Assembly (NCBI GenBank): GCA_905178155.1
Contig: CAJINV010000025.1
Span: 1-64,000, forward strand
Reading direction: 5' to 3'
DNA length: 64,000 nucleotides
From: Amoebophrya sp. A120
Lineage: Eukaryota > Protista > Dinoflagellata
The translations under genes were made by a program, and so were the position numbers. Below, one piece after another: positions 13,298 to 25,400 of the stretch. The notes under the pieces were generated by a model. The model ran no database searches. It saw only the letters and a list, made by a program, of their open reading frames with translations, and was not told the origin of the DNA. Numbering within the stretch: position 1 is the stretch's first letter; every line of letters starts with the position of its first letter.

Positions 13298-13765
13298 TTC
13301 CCCCGACGGCACTACCTCGATTTCGGGAGAGGATTCCACAGAGGATTCCGGAGAGGATTCCAAAATCCTCTCCGGAATCCTCTGGCCCAATTTGAGCCGT
13401 CTTTCGCGCCCTTTCCCCGATGCTACGGCCCCGATTTCGGGAGAGGATTCCACAGAGGATTCCGGAGAGGATTCCAAAATCCTCTCCGGAATCCTCTGGC
13501 CCAAGTTGAGCCGTATTTCGCGCCCTTTCCCCGACGGCACGGCCTCGATTTCGGGGGAGGATTCCACAGAGGATTCCGGAGAGGATTCCAAAATCCTCCC
13601 CGGAATCCTCTGGCCCAATTTGGGCCGTCTTCCGCGCCCTTCCCCCGATGGCACGACCTCGGTTTCGGGGGAGGATTCCACAGAGGGTTCCTCAGAGGAT
13701 TCCAAAAGCCCCTCCGGAATCCTCTGGCCCAAGTTGAGCCGTCTTTCGCGCCCGCTCCCCGACGG
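13298..13765. repeat. 4 x 114-bp tandem repeat, each unit with a ~21-bp hairpin
   Basis: The motif tttcggg(a/g)gaggattcc recurs at ~13321, 13435, 13549 and 13663. Stem-loop cagaggattccggagaggatt-ccaa-aatcctctccggaatcctctg is perfect in the first two units. Confidence 0.92.
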
Positions 13766-13849
13766 ACAAAGCCGATGGTCTGTTAGTTTTCCCAACGTGC
13801 AGACACGAATTGGCTGCTAGGACATGCTTGGGCTTTAAGTGTGTATTGG

Positions 13850-16800
13850 CATTGCAGGGGGGATTCGGTTGCGACGGATAGCAATCAACGGACAGCTTCA
13901 AGAAGCAGAAAGACGACTGGGCCTCGCCGGGCAGCAGCAAGCAGAGCTGGAAGGTTCCCTGGCTCGTGCAGGTGCTGGCAGTGCCGCCGCAGCTGCCGAG
14001 CTTGACGCGACCCTGCGCAAGAACCAAGAAGATCTGGCGGCCGCCAACCAACGCGCACAGGCGGCAATCGGCGTGCAGAAAGCGGCTGAGGAGAGGAGTG
14101 CGCAACTGGGGCAAAAGATGGAGGCCCTCGAGAAGGAGTTAGTAGCGGCGAAAGGAGCGATGAGCGGGTGGTTGGGTAATCCACCTTCGTTATCTTCGTT
14201 GGATCACATTTCTCTGGCGGACTTCCTATCCGCGTTCCGCCAAGAGCTGGCTTCGGAGTTCTCTGCAAAGGACCAGAAGATCAGAAGCTTGGAATCGCAA
14301 CTGCAGCAGGCGAAGGCGGAGGCGGCGAGGCTGCGGGTTCCACCAATCAGGAATTTCGATCTTGCTGCTCGGTCCGAAGACGGAGATGACGACCTAGAAA
14401 CTCCTCGTTCTATTTCTCCGGAACTCTCATCCCGAACCCGATTCCTACCCAGAACACCAATCGTGTCCACCTCCCCGTATTTGGTGTCGTGTATTCGTTC
14501 ATGCATGATCATTATAAATATGTGGCAGAACAATAGTTTCGACGTGACTGCAAGTGCAGTCGGGAAAATAAGTACGTAAAATGATGCAGCCGGCGTCCAC
14601 GCTATACTCGTGTCGAAAACTAGTTTTCTTTTTCATCGTGGCTCGTTATCTTGACATAGATACTTAGCTGGGGCCATCGTTGTATTTTCTTTTTCCCGCA
14701 ATATTCCACTGTCGTTTTTCATGTTTTCCCGCGACTGTTTTGGTGCAGACTCCTTCCCGCTTCGCTGGAGCTCGCCATGTAGTTGCCACCGACCCCGCCC
14801 TGCTGGGTCCCGCGAGGCGGGAAGACAGCGCTCATTCTCGACGGTTTTCCCCCGCCGACAAGGGCGTGGTGGGAAGTTAAAGAGCCTCCGGCTGCTATGA
14901 CGCAATGCGGTGATTTTTTTGTCTTTCCTGCAAGAGTGCCAGCCGCGGTGACCGCTGGGTAGCTGGTAACGGCCTCTAGTTGCATGTCACTCGAGCAGCA
15001 AGGCAAGCAAAGTCCAGGTAGGTAACCTCGCAGCACAGCAGACTTGGTAAACTGGAAGGGCAGGAGCAAAGCAATAAATGTAGCGCGCTAGTACATACAA
15101 GTGCGACCTCAAGGGGGGGGTGGCGTTCCTCGTTGGACTGCTTTCGCTCATTAAAGTAGAGTCAGCAAGAACACTCCTGATAGCATCCCGCCTCGGAATC
15201 GTAACCTCTAGGCACAACGATTGGCGGGAAAGCTTTCGGCGGTTTTGCTGTTTGCGGCATGCGGTTTCCGAAGTTGCTGTGCAATACTCAGTGTACTGAC
15301 AATAGATACGCGCAGCAGTGAGTCGTGCTGCATCAAATACATCATGGTGGACACGGGTTCTTTCTTGTCGATGGCCACAACTCATATTTGAAGTGCTCGG
15401 GGACGCCAAGCGCGCCGCAGAGGAGAACGCGCAGAGAGCTGCAGCAGATGTTGCCCGCCTAAGAGCCGTGATCGCCGGTGGAAGCCAGGACGCTTCACAA
15501 GAGCAGCTGGAGGCAGCGAAAACAGCGGCATCAGAGGCCTTGGTGCGGTTCGAGAAGGCGGGGAACGCTGAAGAGGTTGCTCGCAAGCTCTTCGAAATGA
15601 GTGAACAACTAGCGCGCGATCTCGAAAAGGCACAAGAAAGTCACGAAAATTTGGAGGCCGAGCTCGCCGAGGCCAGATCCGCAACGGAAAGTGCTAAGCT
15701 CGCCGAGGCGCAGCTCACCGAGCAGGCCAAAGAACTCCAGCGCAACGTCGCGGAACGTGAGGCAGAGTGCGAGAAGTTGCTGGGCGGGCTCGCTGAACAG
15801 GATGAACGATTGGCGCAGGAAAAAACTGCCGGACAGCAAGCTGCGGCACAGCTGCAACAGCTGTCGAACGGAATCACGGAAAAAGATGCGAAAATTGCAG
15901 AGCTTCGCGCGCAGCTCGACGCACTCAAAGGAGAGAAAGAGGCAGCGAACACCGCTCACCGCAACGCACTGGAAGGCATGGCGCGGAGTACAACCGAACA
16001 GGAGAGACTCGCCGCCGCATTACAGGCGCACGAACAACAAGTGGAGCAACTTAACGCGTTCATTCAGGCCGCAGTCGCGAAAGAAACGGAGGCGGCAGAG
16101 CGGCTGCGGTCTTCCCAGGAAGTCGCGAGCGCCCGCCAGCAGCAGCTACAAACGGCGATGAGCATGGTGGCGAGGGGGTTGCACGAGTCGGGGATTCAGA
16201 CTCCGCCTTCATGGATGTCGAGCGCCGATCTGGCCACGTTGCAGGAGGTGTACCAGCGGGGAATGGCGTCGAAGCTCACCGCCGAGAAAGAGCAGTCGGA
16301 CATATCCTATGTAAAAACGCCCCCAAGACGACCCCATAGTCAAGATGGAAAATTTGCTAGGCAAATCAGCCAGCTTCGGTTGCTACGAGTGACCACAGTT
16401 TTAGCCTCGTAGTGTAATTTATTATCCTGTCGAGCTAGTAGATCCAGCTCCAGCAGCATCTTCGCAGTCCCAGCAAATCGCCCTGCGTCGAGCATCGCAA
16501 ACTCCAAAACACGACTTCTAGAGAATGTGTCTCGTCGGGTTCCGCATAAGAAACATCTTGACCATGCAGATTTGCATGACAAGAACTCTGGGGTACCAAA
16601 GTGTAGTTTCGCATTTTGTTTAGCATGACAACTCTGGGGTCGTGGGGACGTTTTTCCATAGGATGCGAGAGCTTGCTGTCGAAGCTGAACGGGGCGCAGC
16701 AGTGGGCTGCACAGAATGCTATCAAATGCAAAAGTGTCTGGGTCTGGAAGAGTCATTCTGTTTTTGCATGACAGAGGACGGCGCAGAAGGTCTGGCGTGG

Positions 16801-17772
16801 AAGCTCTAGCGTTACAGGTTTCCGCGAGAAGCGTTCTCAATGCCGAATACGCATGACAAGTCCCTGACTTTGGTGACAGAAAGTGGGCAACTTTTGCTGG
16901 CTACTTATGCATGACAGATGTTTCTGTGTTCCTGTTCTCAAATGCGCACTCATACAAGTTTGTACTCTTCCAGACCCAGACACTTTGGCACTTGATAGAT
17001 TCGGAGCAGATGGAGCAGAATTTCCACCAGCAGTACGAGGCTCTGCGAACCACAAACGCGCAACTTCGCGCAAAAATCCAAATTGAGGCGGGCAAGACTC
17101 GGGATGCGGAGAACAGAGCCGCACAAGCGGCCGCGGGAATGCAAGCGGCGGAAAACGCGGAAGCCGCCGCCAACCAGCAGGTGCAGGCGGTGAGCAACCA
17201 GGTCGCGGCCGTGCAAGCGCAGGCCCAGTATGAAATGCAAAAATCCCTGGGTCCTCTGGAAGAATGCAACTTGTAATGCTGTATTTGGATGTCTGAAAAA
17301 TTTGTGTTGCATGAGCAGCAAAAGGATTCTGATTTTTGCTACGCGAGGAGGGCATTTGTCATGCGGAATAGGCAAAAGAATCCCTCAGCAAATAACCTGT
17401 GGCGCTAGGGCATGCGTCACAGATCGATCAAGGCTCACGCAAACCGTGCATGACAAGTCTCAGAATCTTCCAGACCCAGACACTTTTACATTTGATACCC
17501 AGCAGGCGGAAGCGAAACTGCAGAACCAGAAAAACGCGAAGCCGGCCGTCGCCCGGGCTGCAGCCTTATCCTGTGCAAGAGTATCGTACTCGTATTGCAA
17601 TCATGCATTACAAATCTTTTTCTTAAGGTAAATTCGCATTACAAATTTTATTTCTCATGCTGAGGAAATTTGTAATGCATTTATACGAATGCGATACTTT
17701 TGCAGTTCATAAGCCTCGGCAACAAGCAACGTCGCGGTTTCTGGCAACGGGGAGTGTTGCTGACGCGTGAAC
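13850..17772 (+). CDS. Long coiled-coil protein, multi-exon; start not determined
   Basis: Ala/Gln/Glu-rich heptad ORFs at 13839-14579, 15318-16412 and 16998-17228, separated by one long intron and by introners B 16303-16665, A 16720-16997, A 17229-17497 and C 17567-17711. Confidence 0.6.
17567..17711. mobile_element. Family C introner (TIR tatcctgtgcaaaagtatcgtactcgta...tacgagtacgatacttttgcannncata), ~145-185 bp
   Basis: DR agcct/agcct. Other copies: 34954-35106, 46622-46807 (ggtct), 47425-47573 (gcggt), 48221-48371 (cccgt), 50316-50470 (ctagt), 51541-51692 (gctcg), 57334-57483; degenerate copy near 29438-29600. Confidence 0.9.
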
Positions 17773-20230
17773 AACAATTGGACGCGTGTTGTCAGAAAAG
17801 CAAAAGAGTAGCAGTTCTACTTATTTTTACGGGTTCTTGTTACTAAAAAAACATTTTCTTTTTCATTTTGCTGTGTGAAGACGAACTGAACGGACGAAAT
17901 AAACAGCGCGAATGCAACAAGAAGAAATCTTTCCAGCTTACTTATTTATTCGGTTTCTTATTCTTTCACAACGACAACACTAGTAAAAAAACTCTTTCTT
18001 TTCCACTCAGCATTTCTACGCGATACGACTATCAAAAACTTGTCTTGTTTAAGTAATTATTTTCCAGGATCTTTCAGCGCTGTCACTACTTGCAAAAATT
18101 GTTTATCTTTCCAAAATAAAAATATCCAATGCAAATATCCCTGGATGTCTGGAAGAGTGCAACTTGTGATGCAGCTGCATTTGGGTTCTAGAAGATGAAG
18201 AATCTGTATTGATGCATGAGCAGCAATCTGAATGGATTTTTTGCTACGCGCTAGTAGGAATATTATTTGTCGCACGGAATAGGCATTAAGAAGTCCTCAA
18301 AAAATCTGTGATACTAGGGCATGCATCACAAAAACCCGTGCGTGGCAAGTCTCAGATGAATCTTCCAGGCCCAGACATATTTGCATTTTATACAAAGCAA
18401 CGCAACTTTTTCATTCTGTCCGCAGACACGACTAGCTTTTGTTCATTATCTATCATTTTCCACCAGGAGCACCACCATCGCATTAAAAATAAAAAACCAA
18501 AATTTTTGTACTAGAAGAACTTTTCATCGACGTATCTATGTATGATCTCGGAGAACTTTCGACAACGAGAAGGACTCTCTACACGACGACCAGCCAGGGC
18601 CGTCTCTACGAATAAACTCTTCTTCCGAATAAAGAAACAGCACGGGTATGATCTTTCAGAGGCCGCCACCTTCTGCTCGCCCATGTCGCGACGTACTCTC
18701 GCAGAACAGACGAATGCAGCAGGTCCGCTATGGATTGCAAAAATGTCTGGGTCTGGAAGATTGCCAGGTTTGTCATGCAGGTCTTCCATGACCCATGAGG
18801 TCTGGCATGCAGGACATAGCATGACAGATTCTGTGAGACCTTTCCAATGCCTATGCTGCATGAGAAACTGCCTCTCGACTAGGTTAAAAGTGCACAACCT
18901 GTTTTGGCAATCATACAACACAGCTTTTTGCCTGATTCAGATTTAGCATGCCAAGTTGCAATCATCCAGACCCAGACACTTTGCACTTGATATCCGCAGA
19001 GCAGGTGCCATGTTGCAAGGACTGGCTTCTTGCGTGGTCGCACACGGTCATGGGCAAGAAGAAAAAGGACGAACAACGCCGTGGATAAGACAAGTCTAAC
19101 GACTTTTTGAAGAACAAGAATTCAAAACGTTTTTCATCAGCACTTCAGTTCAAAATTTTTCACTACAATTTCATCGCTTTATCATTTCCAAGCTGAAGCC
19201 GAATAGCTTTAGTAAAAAACACGACTGCAAAAATAAACAGAAGGAGGTAGAATATTTTTGCAAGACGATAAGCCAGGGAGTGTAGGAATCAATTTTGCAA
19301 ATTTTGTTTTTTTTTTTCAACGTCGAAACTTTCCCGCCCCGGTATTGTTTTGATGTTTGAAGTCACGCATGACAAGAAGTTTTTCCCAGGTATTGTACTG
19401 CAGGTTAGCAAGGAGAAGGGCGAGAGGCATCACAAATCCATCTGCTCATTATGCTTACAGCATCACAAATTCTGACTAAAAATGCTTCTCCTTTCCTCCA
19501 AGCACGACTGAAGTACTTTTCCTTTCCTCCATGTAAATTAAAACAAAAAGACAAAGCGTTCTTCGCTTTATTCCCCCGGTCTTTTCCAACTTGACAAACC
19601 ACGATCTCGAAGACAAAAAGACAAAGCGTTCGGCGCTTTATTCCCCCGGTTTTTTTTTTGCAACTTTCTTTTCTCTTCTTTCACATGATGTTTTACGATT
19701 TTCATTTGTGCCACTGTAGTTGTAGAATTAACATTAAATAAAACTAACATTAAGCCCGTTCTTTTCGAAAATCAAAATTTCAAGCATTTAACGACTTTAT
19801 TTCCTATTCCCTTTCATCGACTCTTCTACTGTATCATACACACACTATACAGGTATAATTTTAAGGAGGTATGCCAACGCCAGAAGTTCAAGTTGTTGTA
19901 GTAGTGGCCCTGCTGACCACTGCCAGAAGAAGGATGAAGCTCCGTAATTTTCTATTGCTTCCCCGGCAGTAGCTATACGGACGAATAACTGCGCCACGAC
20001 GACGCACGGCGCTGCAGCAAGCTCGGTTACAGACTGGGCCACGCTTGTTGTTGCGTCGCAGGTCGTTGTACACGCAATTACTTATCCGGTTAGGGCTTAC
20101 TTTTTCGAGCTACACAGGATCCGGTTGGGGCTTACTTTTTCGAGCTACACAGCAGCTGCAGGTCTTGCCGTGATTTTTGCTTTGCACCAAAATAAAATGT
20201 CATTGGCCGATGGTAGTTGTACAACAAACC

Positions 20231-21203
20231 TCAGCTGCTAGTGCTACCCCATGCCTGTCTTTCTCTGTTGACTTGACCCTGACGCCTGTGTTTCGATTCA
20301 AGTTTGTATGAAAGACACAGGTTTTCTTGTTTCAGGTCCAAGGAAGGCAATTTTGGTGGCAGAGCCGCTGTTTCAACATCCGTGGTTTCAGTACAACAGT
20401 GGCGCAGGGGGCACGGGAACGTCAGCTGCTCGTACCCCATGCCTGTCTTTCTCTTATCAAAAGGAAAAATTTCCCCCTCCGCATACTGCAAAGGTATACT
20501 TTGGGAAATGTGTCATGCTGATTCGTGGTCAAAAATCGTGTCTGTCTTGCAGGAAGGCAACTCCGCAGACAACCGCCACACTGTGCAGGCGGTTTGTCAT
20601 GCTGCTGGGCCTACAGTGCGGACGTTTTTCATGCTAAAGCGCCTAGGCCAAAGCCTCTCTACTCACCCTTAGTATGGGCCTGCAGTGCTCTCCCGCACGA
20701 AAGCGCTGACTTGTTTACACAAATCCAGCATCAGAAGTTTCGTTTTGGTATGGGGAGGGGGGAGTTTTCCCTTCGATATCTCTGTTGTTTCGATTCAAGT
20801 TTGCTGGAAGACGCAGTTTATGGATTGCAAAAATGCCTGGGTCTGGAAACTTGTGATGCTAAAATGTGGACGATGGAAACCGTTCCGAATGCAACACAGC
20901 ATCACAACTTTTCAGAGCGCTCTCTTATAGGAAATCCGCATGAGAAAGTGCGTTTTTGCGTGTACAAAAGAGGCTGTTACTTTTGTTGGTTTTATGCAGT
21001 ACAGATTTCCTGGGTATAATGGAGAGCTAGCATTACAAGTTGCAACCTTCCAGACCCAGACACTTTTGCTTTGGATACAGTTTTTCTTGTTTCAGGTCCA
21101 AGAGAGGCGATTTTGGTGGCAGAGCCGTTGTTTCAACATCCGTGGTTTCAGTACAACAGTGGCGCAGGGGGCGCGGAGGTGCCAGCAGGCGTGTCTAGTG
21201 TAG
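20231..21203 (+). repeat. Tandem ~190-bp unit: copy 1 empty (20231-20421), copy 2 carrying two introners; diverged third copy at ~27165-27345
   Basis: Copy 1 reads gtctt-tctct-gttg...agaca-caggt-tttcttg. Copy 2 reads gtctt-tctct[D]tctct-gttg...agacg-cagtt[A]cagtt-tttcttg. Confidence 0.85.
20455..20778. mobile_element. Family D introner (TIR tatcaaaaggaaaaatcccccctccccatat...atatggggagggggatttttccttttgata), ~320 bp
   Basis: DR tctct/tctct. Other copies: 4555-4891 (gactc), 29969-30298, 39005-39318 (ggagg), 42265-42586 (ctcct), 42820-43544 (gctgc; contains a nested insert). Confidence 0.92.
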
Positions 21204-22025
21204 TCGTGTGTATCAGTTCTTATTATACGGTGTAGAGATGTCGTTTACATTTATTCAAATTACTTTTATGTAAGAAGAACTCAAAGCCCCACTGAACTTT
21301 ACGACTTTATTTCCCGCATGATGTTCCGTTTTATTCTGTAGTGCCTGTCATACATTAAAATTCCTGCTTTATCCGGTTTTTTTTACTGTATCGCATTATA
21401 CTAGTACACGAAAGAAGACCACAGCCAGGGCAGATGCTGTGGTTCCAGAAGCTCCTGCTGCTGCGGCTTGCCGAAGGAGAAAAACAAGCGCCGCAAGAAT
21501 TTCGAACTGCACAGCTGCACTCGTTGCCGTTGTTTCTTGCTACGAAATTATTTGTGAAGGAAGGCTGCGTTGTACAAAAACCTCTCTTGCTACAGGTTAC
21601 AGCACATGTATCCTCATATTTCTTCACTCACGCGTTGCGGAAGTCGCTCGCTGAACTTCCCGCTGAACAATCTGAAACGAAGATGTTTTTGCTGTCGCAG
21701 GTCCTCGCGCAAACGCGATGCTCCGGTTGTTTTCATCTTTCCATATTTTCCCTACAACAACATCAAACAAACACCATCATAGTGAGAAACTGAGAGCTTT
21801 CGACAACGGTTCAGTAGTGGGCTGTTGCTCCACTTCGCTCTACCGTGAGCTTCTTTTAGCGGCGATTCTCACGCTACTGTCGTAGCTAGTTCCCTATTGT
21901 TGTGTTGATGTGGTGAATTTGTTATGCGAGACCAAGCAAATGCTACCACTTGCATGTCGTTGGTCGCGTAAATACAAGGTGAAAAACATGTGTAAAGTGA
22001 AAGGAAATTCGTCGTCTCTCTTGCT

Positions 22026-22485
22026 TCTCGTGAAAAAGGTCAAGATGTGCGCCGGTTTGACGGTGTGCCACAAACCGGAGTAAAGGTTGAAAATTTGCAT
22101 TACAAATTTGCCAAACGCGTCGCATTGTGCAATAGCACTTAGCACGGTGTGATCCAGTTTGTTCTACAAATCGAAACGGCGAAAAAGGTAAAGCAGGGTG
22201 CTAGTGCTAGTGTGTCGCTTTGGTTTTTGTTGCAGTTGCGTTACTGCCCACACGCGCCAATACGCATGACAGATTCCATTTTAGTGAGAAAAGCGATCGG
22301 CGTGTGCAAGACAAACTGCACTATCTACGTATCGAAAGGTTGAAGATTTGCATTACAAATCTGCCAAACGCGTCGCGATGTGCAATTGCACTTAGCACGG
22401 TATGATCCATCTGTTCTACAAATCGAAAAGGCGAAAAGAGTGAAAGTAGGGTGCTAGTACTACGCGACGGCACCTCTTCACGAGA
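22026..22485. mobile_element. Degenerate MITE-like element with an internal ~125-bp direct repeat
   Basis: Inverted ends tctcgtgaaaaaggt / acctcttcacgaga. 22082-22208 resembles 22335-22460. Carries gcattaca and gcatgaca motifs. Confidence 0.5.
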
Positions 22486-22499
22486 CCGACTCTATTGCA

Positions 22500-25400
22500 A
22501 GATAAATTACTACAAATAACAGGACAACAGATGTGCTTCCTACGCGGTCAGACCGATGTGGAAACGGACACCTGGCGCGTATGAGTAGTACAACAATACT
22601 GTGATCATTTTAACCTCAACCGATCGCGCTGAAGCAGAACTACAAGATCATAACAACGGCACACACGAGAGCAAGGGCCAGGAACATGCAGGCTGTCTGT
22701 CTACCTAGTGTTCGTGCATGCAGCACCAGCAAGCTAATCTTGCGCGCGACTCACTCCAGGTGGCATCCTCATCAAACCCATCGGGAAACGGGAACATGTA
22801 GAGGGGAAAGCACAAGTCGTCCCGGTGCCGCACTACTGTGTTTCTCGGCTGTTCTACTGCTCCACACTACTGGAATGCACTGCTGCTGATCTTCTGCTGT
22901 TCTCTTCTGTTGTTCTACTGCACTGGGTGTTGGTCGTGCTGCCGGTTGAAGCACTGCTGGATGCCATCGACCAGGGCCGCCTTCTGGACCTGGTTCGGAC
23001 CATTGCCGGGGAACGCCGCAGCCCGTCGGTCCGCATGGATCCGCTGGTAGATGATCCGTAACTCGTCGCGGTTGAACTCTTCCAGCTTCGTCTCGATCGG
23101 CGTATCGCAGTTCTCGAAGGCTGTGTTGTTGGCGGTCAGGGCTTGCCGCTCGGCCGCACTCAGCAGCTCATACAGCCGGACCTTGTTCGTGTTGTTGTTG
23201 ACGTCTTCGACCGTGTACTGAATCAAGGTTCCATCGTTCGCTTGGCCGACCATCGCCAGCACGGGAACTCCACCGACTCCTGCACCACCGGCAGCTGGGG
23301 CTGGGGCGGGGCCACCACCTGCTCCTCCGGCACCACCTGCACCTCCGATCGGGCCGGGCGCGGGAGCGCCACCTCCGGCTGGGATGCCACCTGCTCCTCC
23401 GGCACCTCCGGCAGGGGCGGGACCACCACCTCCAGCTGGGACACCACCTGCACCCCCGGCGGGGGCGGGGCCACCCGCAGCAACTCCTCCTGCAGCACCA
23501 CCAGCTGGCGGTCCCGGGACTGGGATACCAATCGGCGGTCCCGGGGCCGGGGCTGGGCCACCATAGTACCCTCCTCCATACGGCGGCACGCCCGCCATGC
23601 CAGCACCAGCAGCGCGCTGCTGCTGCATGCGGTTCAACGTGTCGGTGATGGCGGTAAACCCCGTCTGCATCTGCCCGACAATCCCGGTCACGGCAGCGTT
23701 GACGGCCGTATGGATTTCGCCGCGGAATTCGGTGCGTAGCTGCTTCTTCTCCTGCTGGGAGCGAGCGGTGAGCGCTTCGCCGAACTGGTTGAACTGCTGC
23801 TGTAGTTGTTCTTTGGTGATGAAGTCGCCGCTCTTGCTGCCACCAGAAGCGTTCTTCTCGATTCCTTCGGAAATTGCGCCGGCCAAGGAAGTGTACTTCT
23901 CGATACGTTCCTTCTGCTGCTTCTCCTCTTGGATCTTCTTCTCGTTTGTCCGAATGTAATCGGACATCTTCTGAACCTGGTAGTAGTCCGCGAACCTTTG
24001 TTCTTCTTCCGTTTTCGGGGCGCGTTCGTACCACTGGTTGCTGCTGCTCCAGTAGCCGTCGCTGTCTTTACCGTGTTTCGACGGCATGATGGTGAGGATG
24101 TACGGTTTTAGTTCTGGTTCTGGTTTTTCGTTACAAACGGAAAGAAGTGAAGTTGCTAGTCTGATGACTTTCAGGCTACTAGGGTAACCTACTAGAGAAG
24201 ACCGGGCGACGCTGTGCAGAATAGTTCGTAAGATTTTGAAGTTGAATTTGTTCTCGATCCATTGAAGCAGTTCATCAAGAAGACGGACGATCTTGCTGTT
24301 TTGCGTTATTGTTGCGTCGCGTAATGTTGACAGCATGCGGCTTCGAAAGATCCCTGTGTAGTACTGTATATCTGAACTGGTGCGAAACTTCGTTTGTAGC
24401 GGCTTCGATTTTAGAACTGTCTCGATTTGTATCCGTTTGTCTGTTGGTCGGATTTTTGCATTCAGATCGTAGTGGAGCCATCGCATGTACTGCGTGTCCG
24501 TGTTGTCTTCGCGTGGCAGCAATTTCCTGTCAAGTTCTACTTCGACGCCTGAATACATTTCAGTCATCAGCGCGTCGGTGCAGGGAGTACAGAAAACACT
24601 ACTAAGGCCACCCGAATCGTCTACAAATCTCTCCATTGCTACGGTGTCGTCTTTCAACTCGCAGGCGGGATCTGCGTACGCTTTGTGTTCGGCCACGCCC
24701 ATAGAAATAGAGCACGCGGTCTTGCTGCAAATGCCGCCGATCGGCGTGCCCTTTTCTGGATCTTGTTTCAACACTGTGCAACTGGCCCCACTCCCCAGGG
24801 TTGAGTAGCGTAAGGCCGTCACATTGAACAGAAGAAACGCGATCTCCTGGCGCTGTTCTTCGGTGCACTCTGGCTGCGCGCGGATGTAGTCCGCCCGGTC
24901 GCGGAGCTGCTGGATCTGGATCCGTTCGAAGAAGACGACGGCATCAATGATGACGCCACCGGGCATTTCGGTCGAACCACACCGGAGGCAGGTGCCTTCG
25001 CATGGCCTCAGTTTGTGCACTTTGGCACGAAACGAGGCAGCCGCCGTGTGTAGTGATTCGCTTTCTTTGCCTTCTCTCAGAACTCCCCTGATCGCTTCCT
25101 CGACCTTGCGGACGCACCTCCTCTGGGCCGTCCTGTTCCTGCCTGTTATCGCCCGCACCTGGCTGACGATTTTGCGGAAAAGCTTCGCGGTGGGAACGCC
25201 TGGCTTGAAGATGATCCCACCGGATTCGCTCAGGACGAGGTTTTTCCCTTTCGGGAGTACGTAGATGTACGCCAAGTCCTTCACGTTGTCCAACTGGTAT
25301 CGCTTCTTCGGTCCGTTGTTTGCATTCCACTCCGCTATTGCTGCGTTTGTTCGGTCTATTGCTTCCGCTTTTGATATCCGCTGCACCTGCAAGTTGCTTT

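Noticed and set aside
10260-13765. CRISPR-like arrays (10260-10419 and 13298-13765)
   Set aside because: No unique spacers, no cas genes, and the context is eukaryotic.
13091-13820. 200-237-aa ORFs on both strands
   Set aside because: They arise from the stop-poor 114-bp (multiple of 3) tandem repeat.
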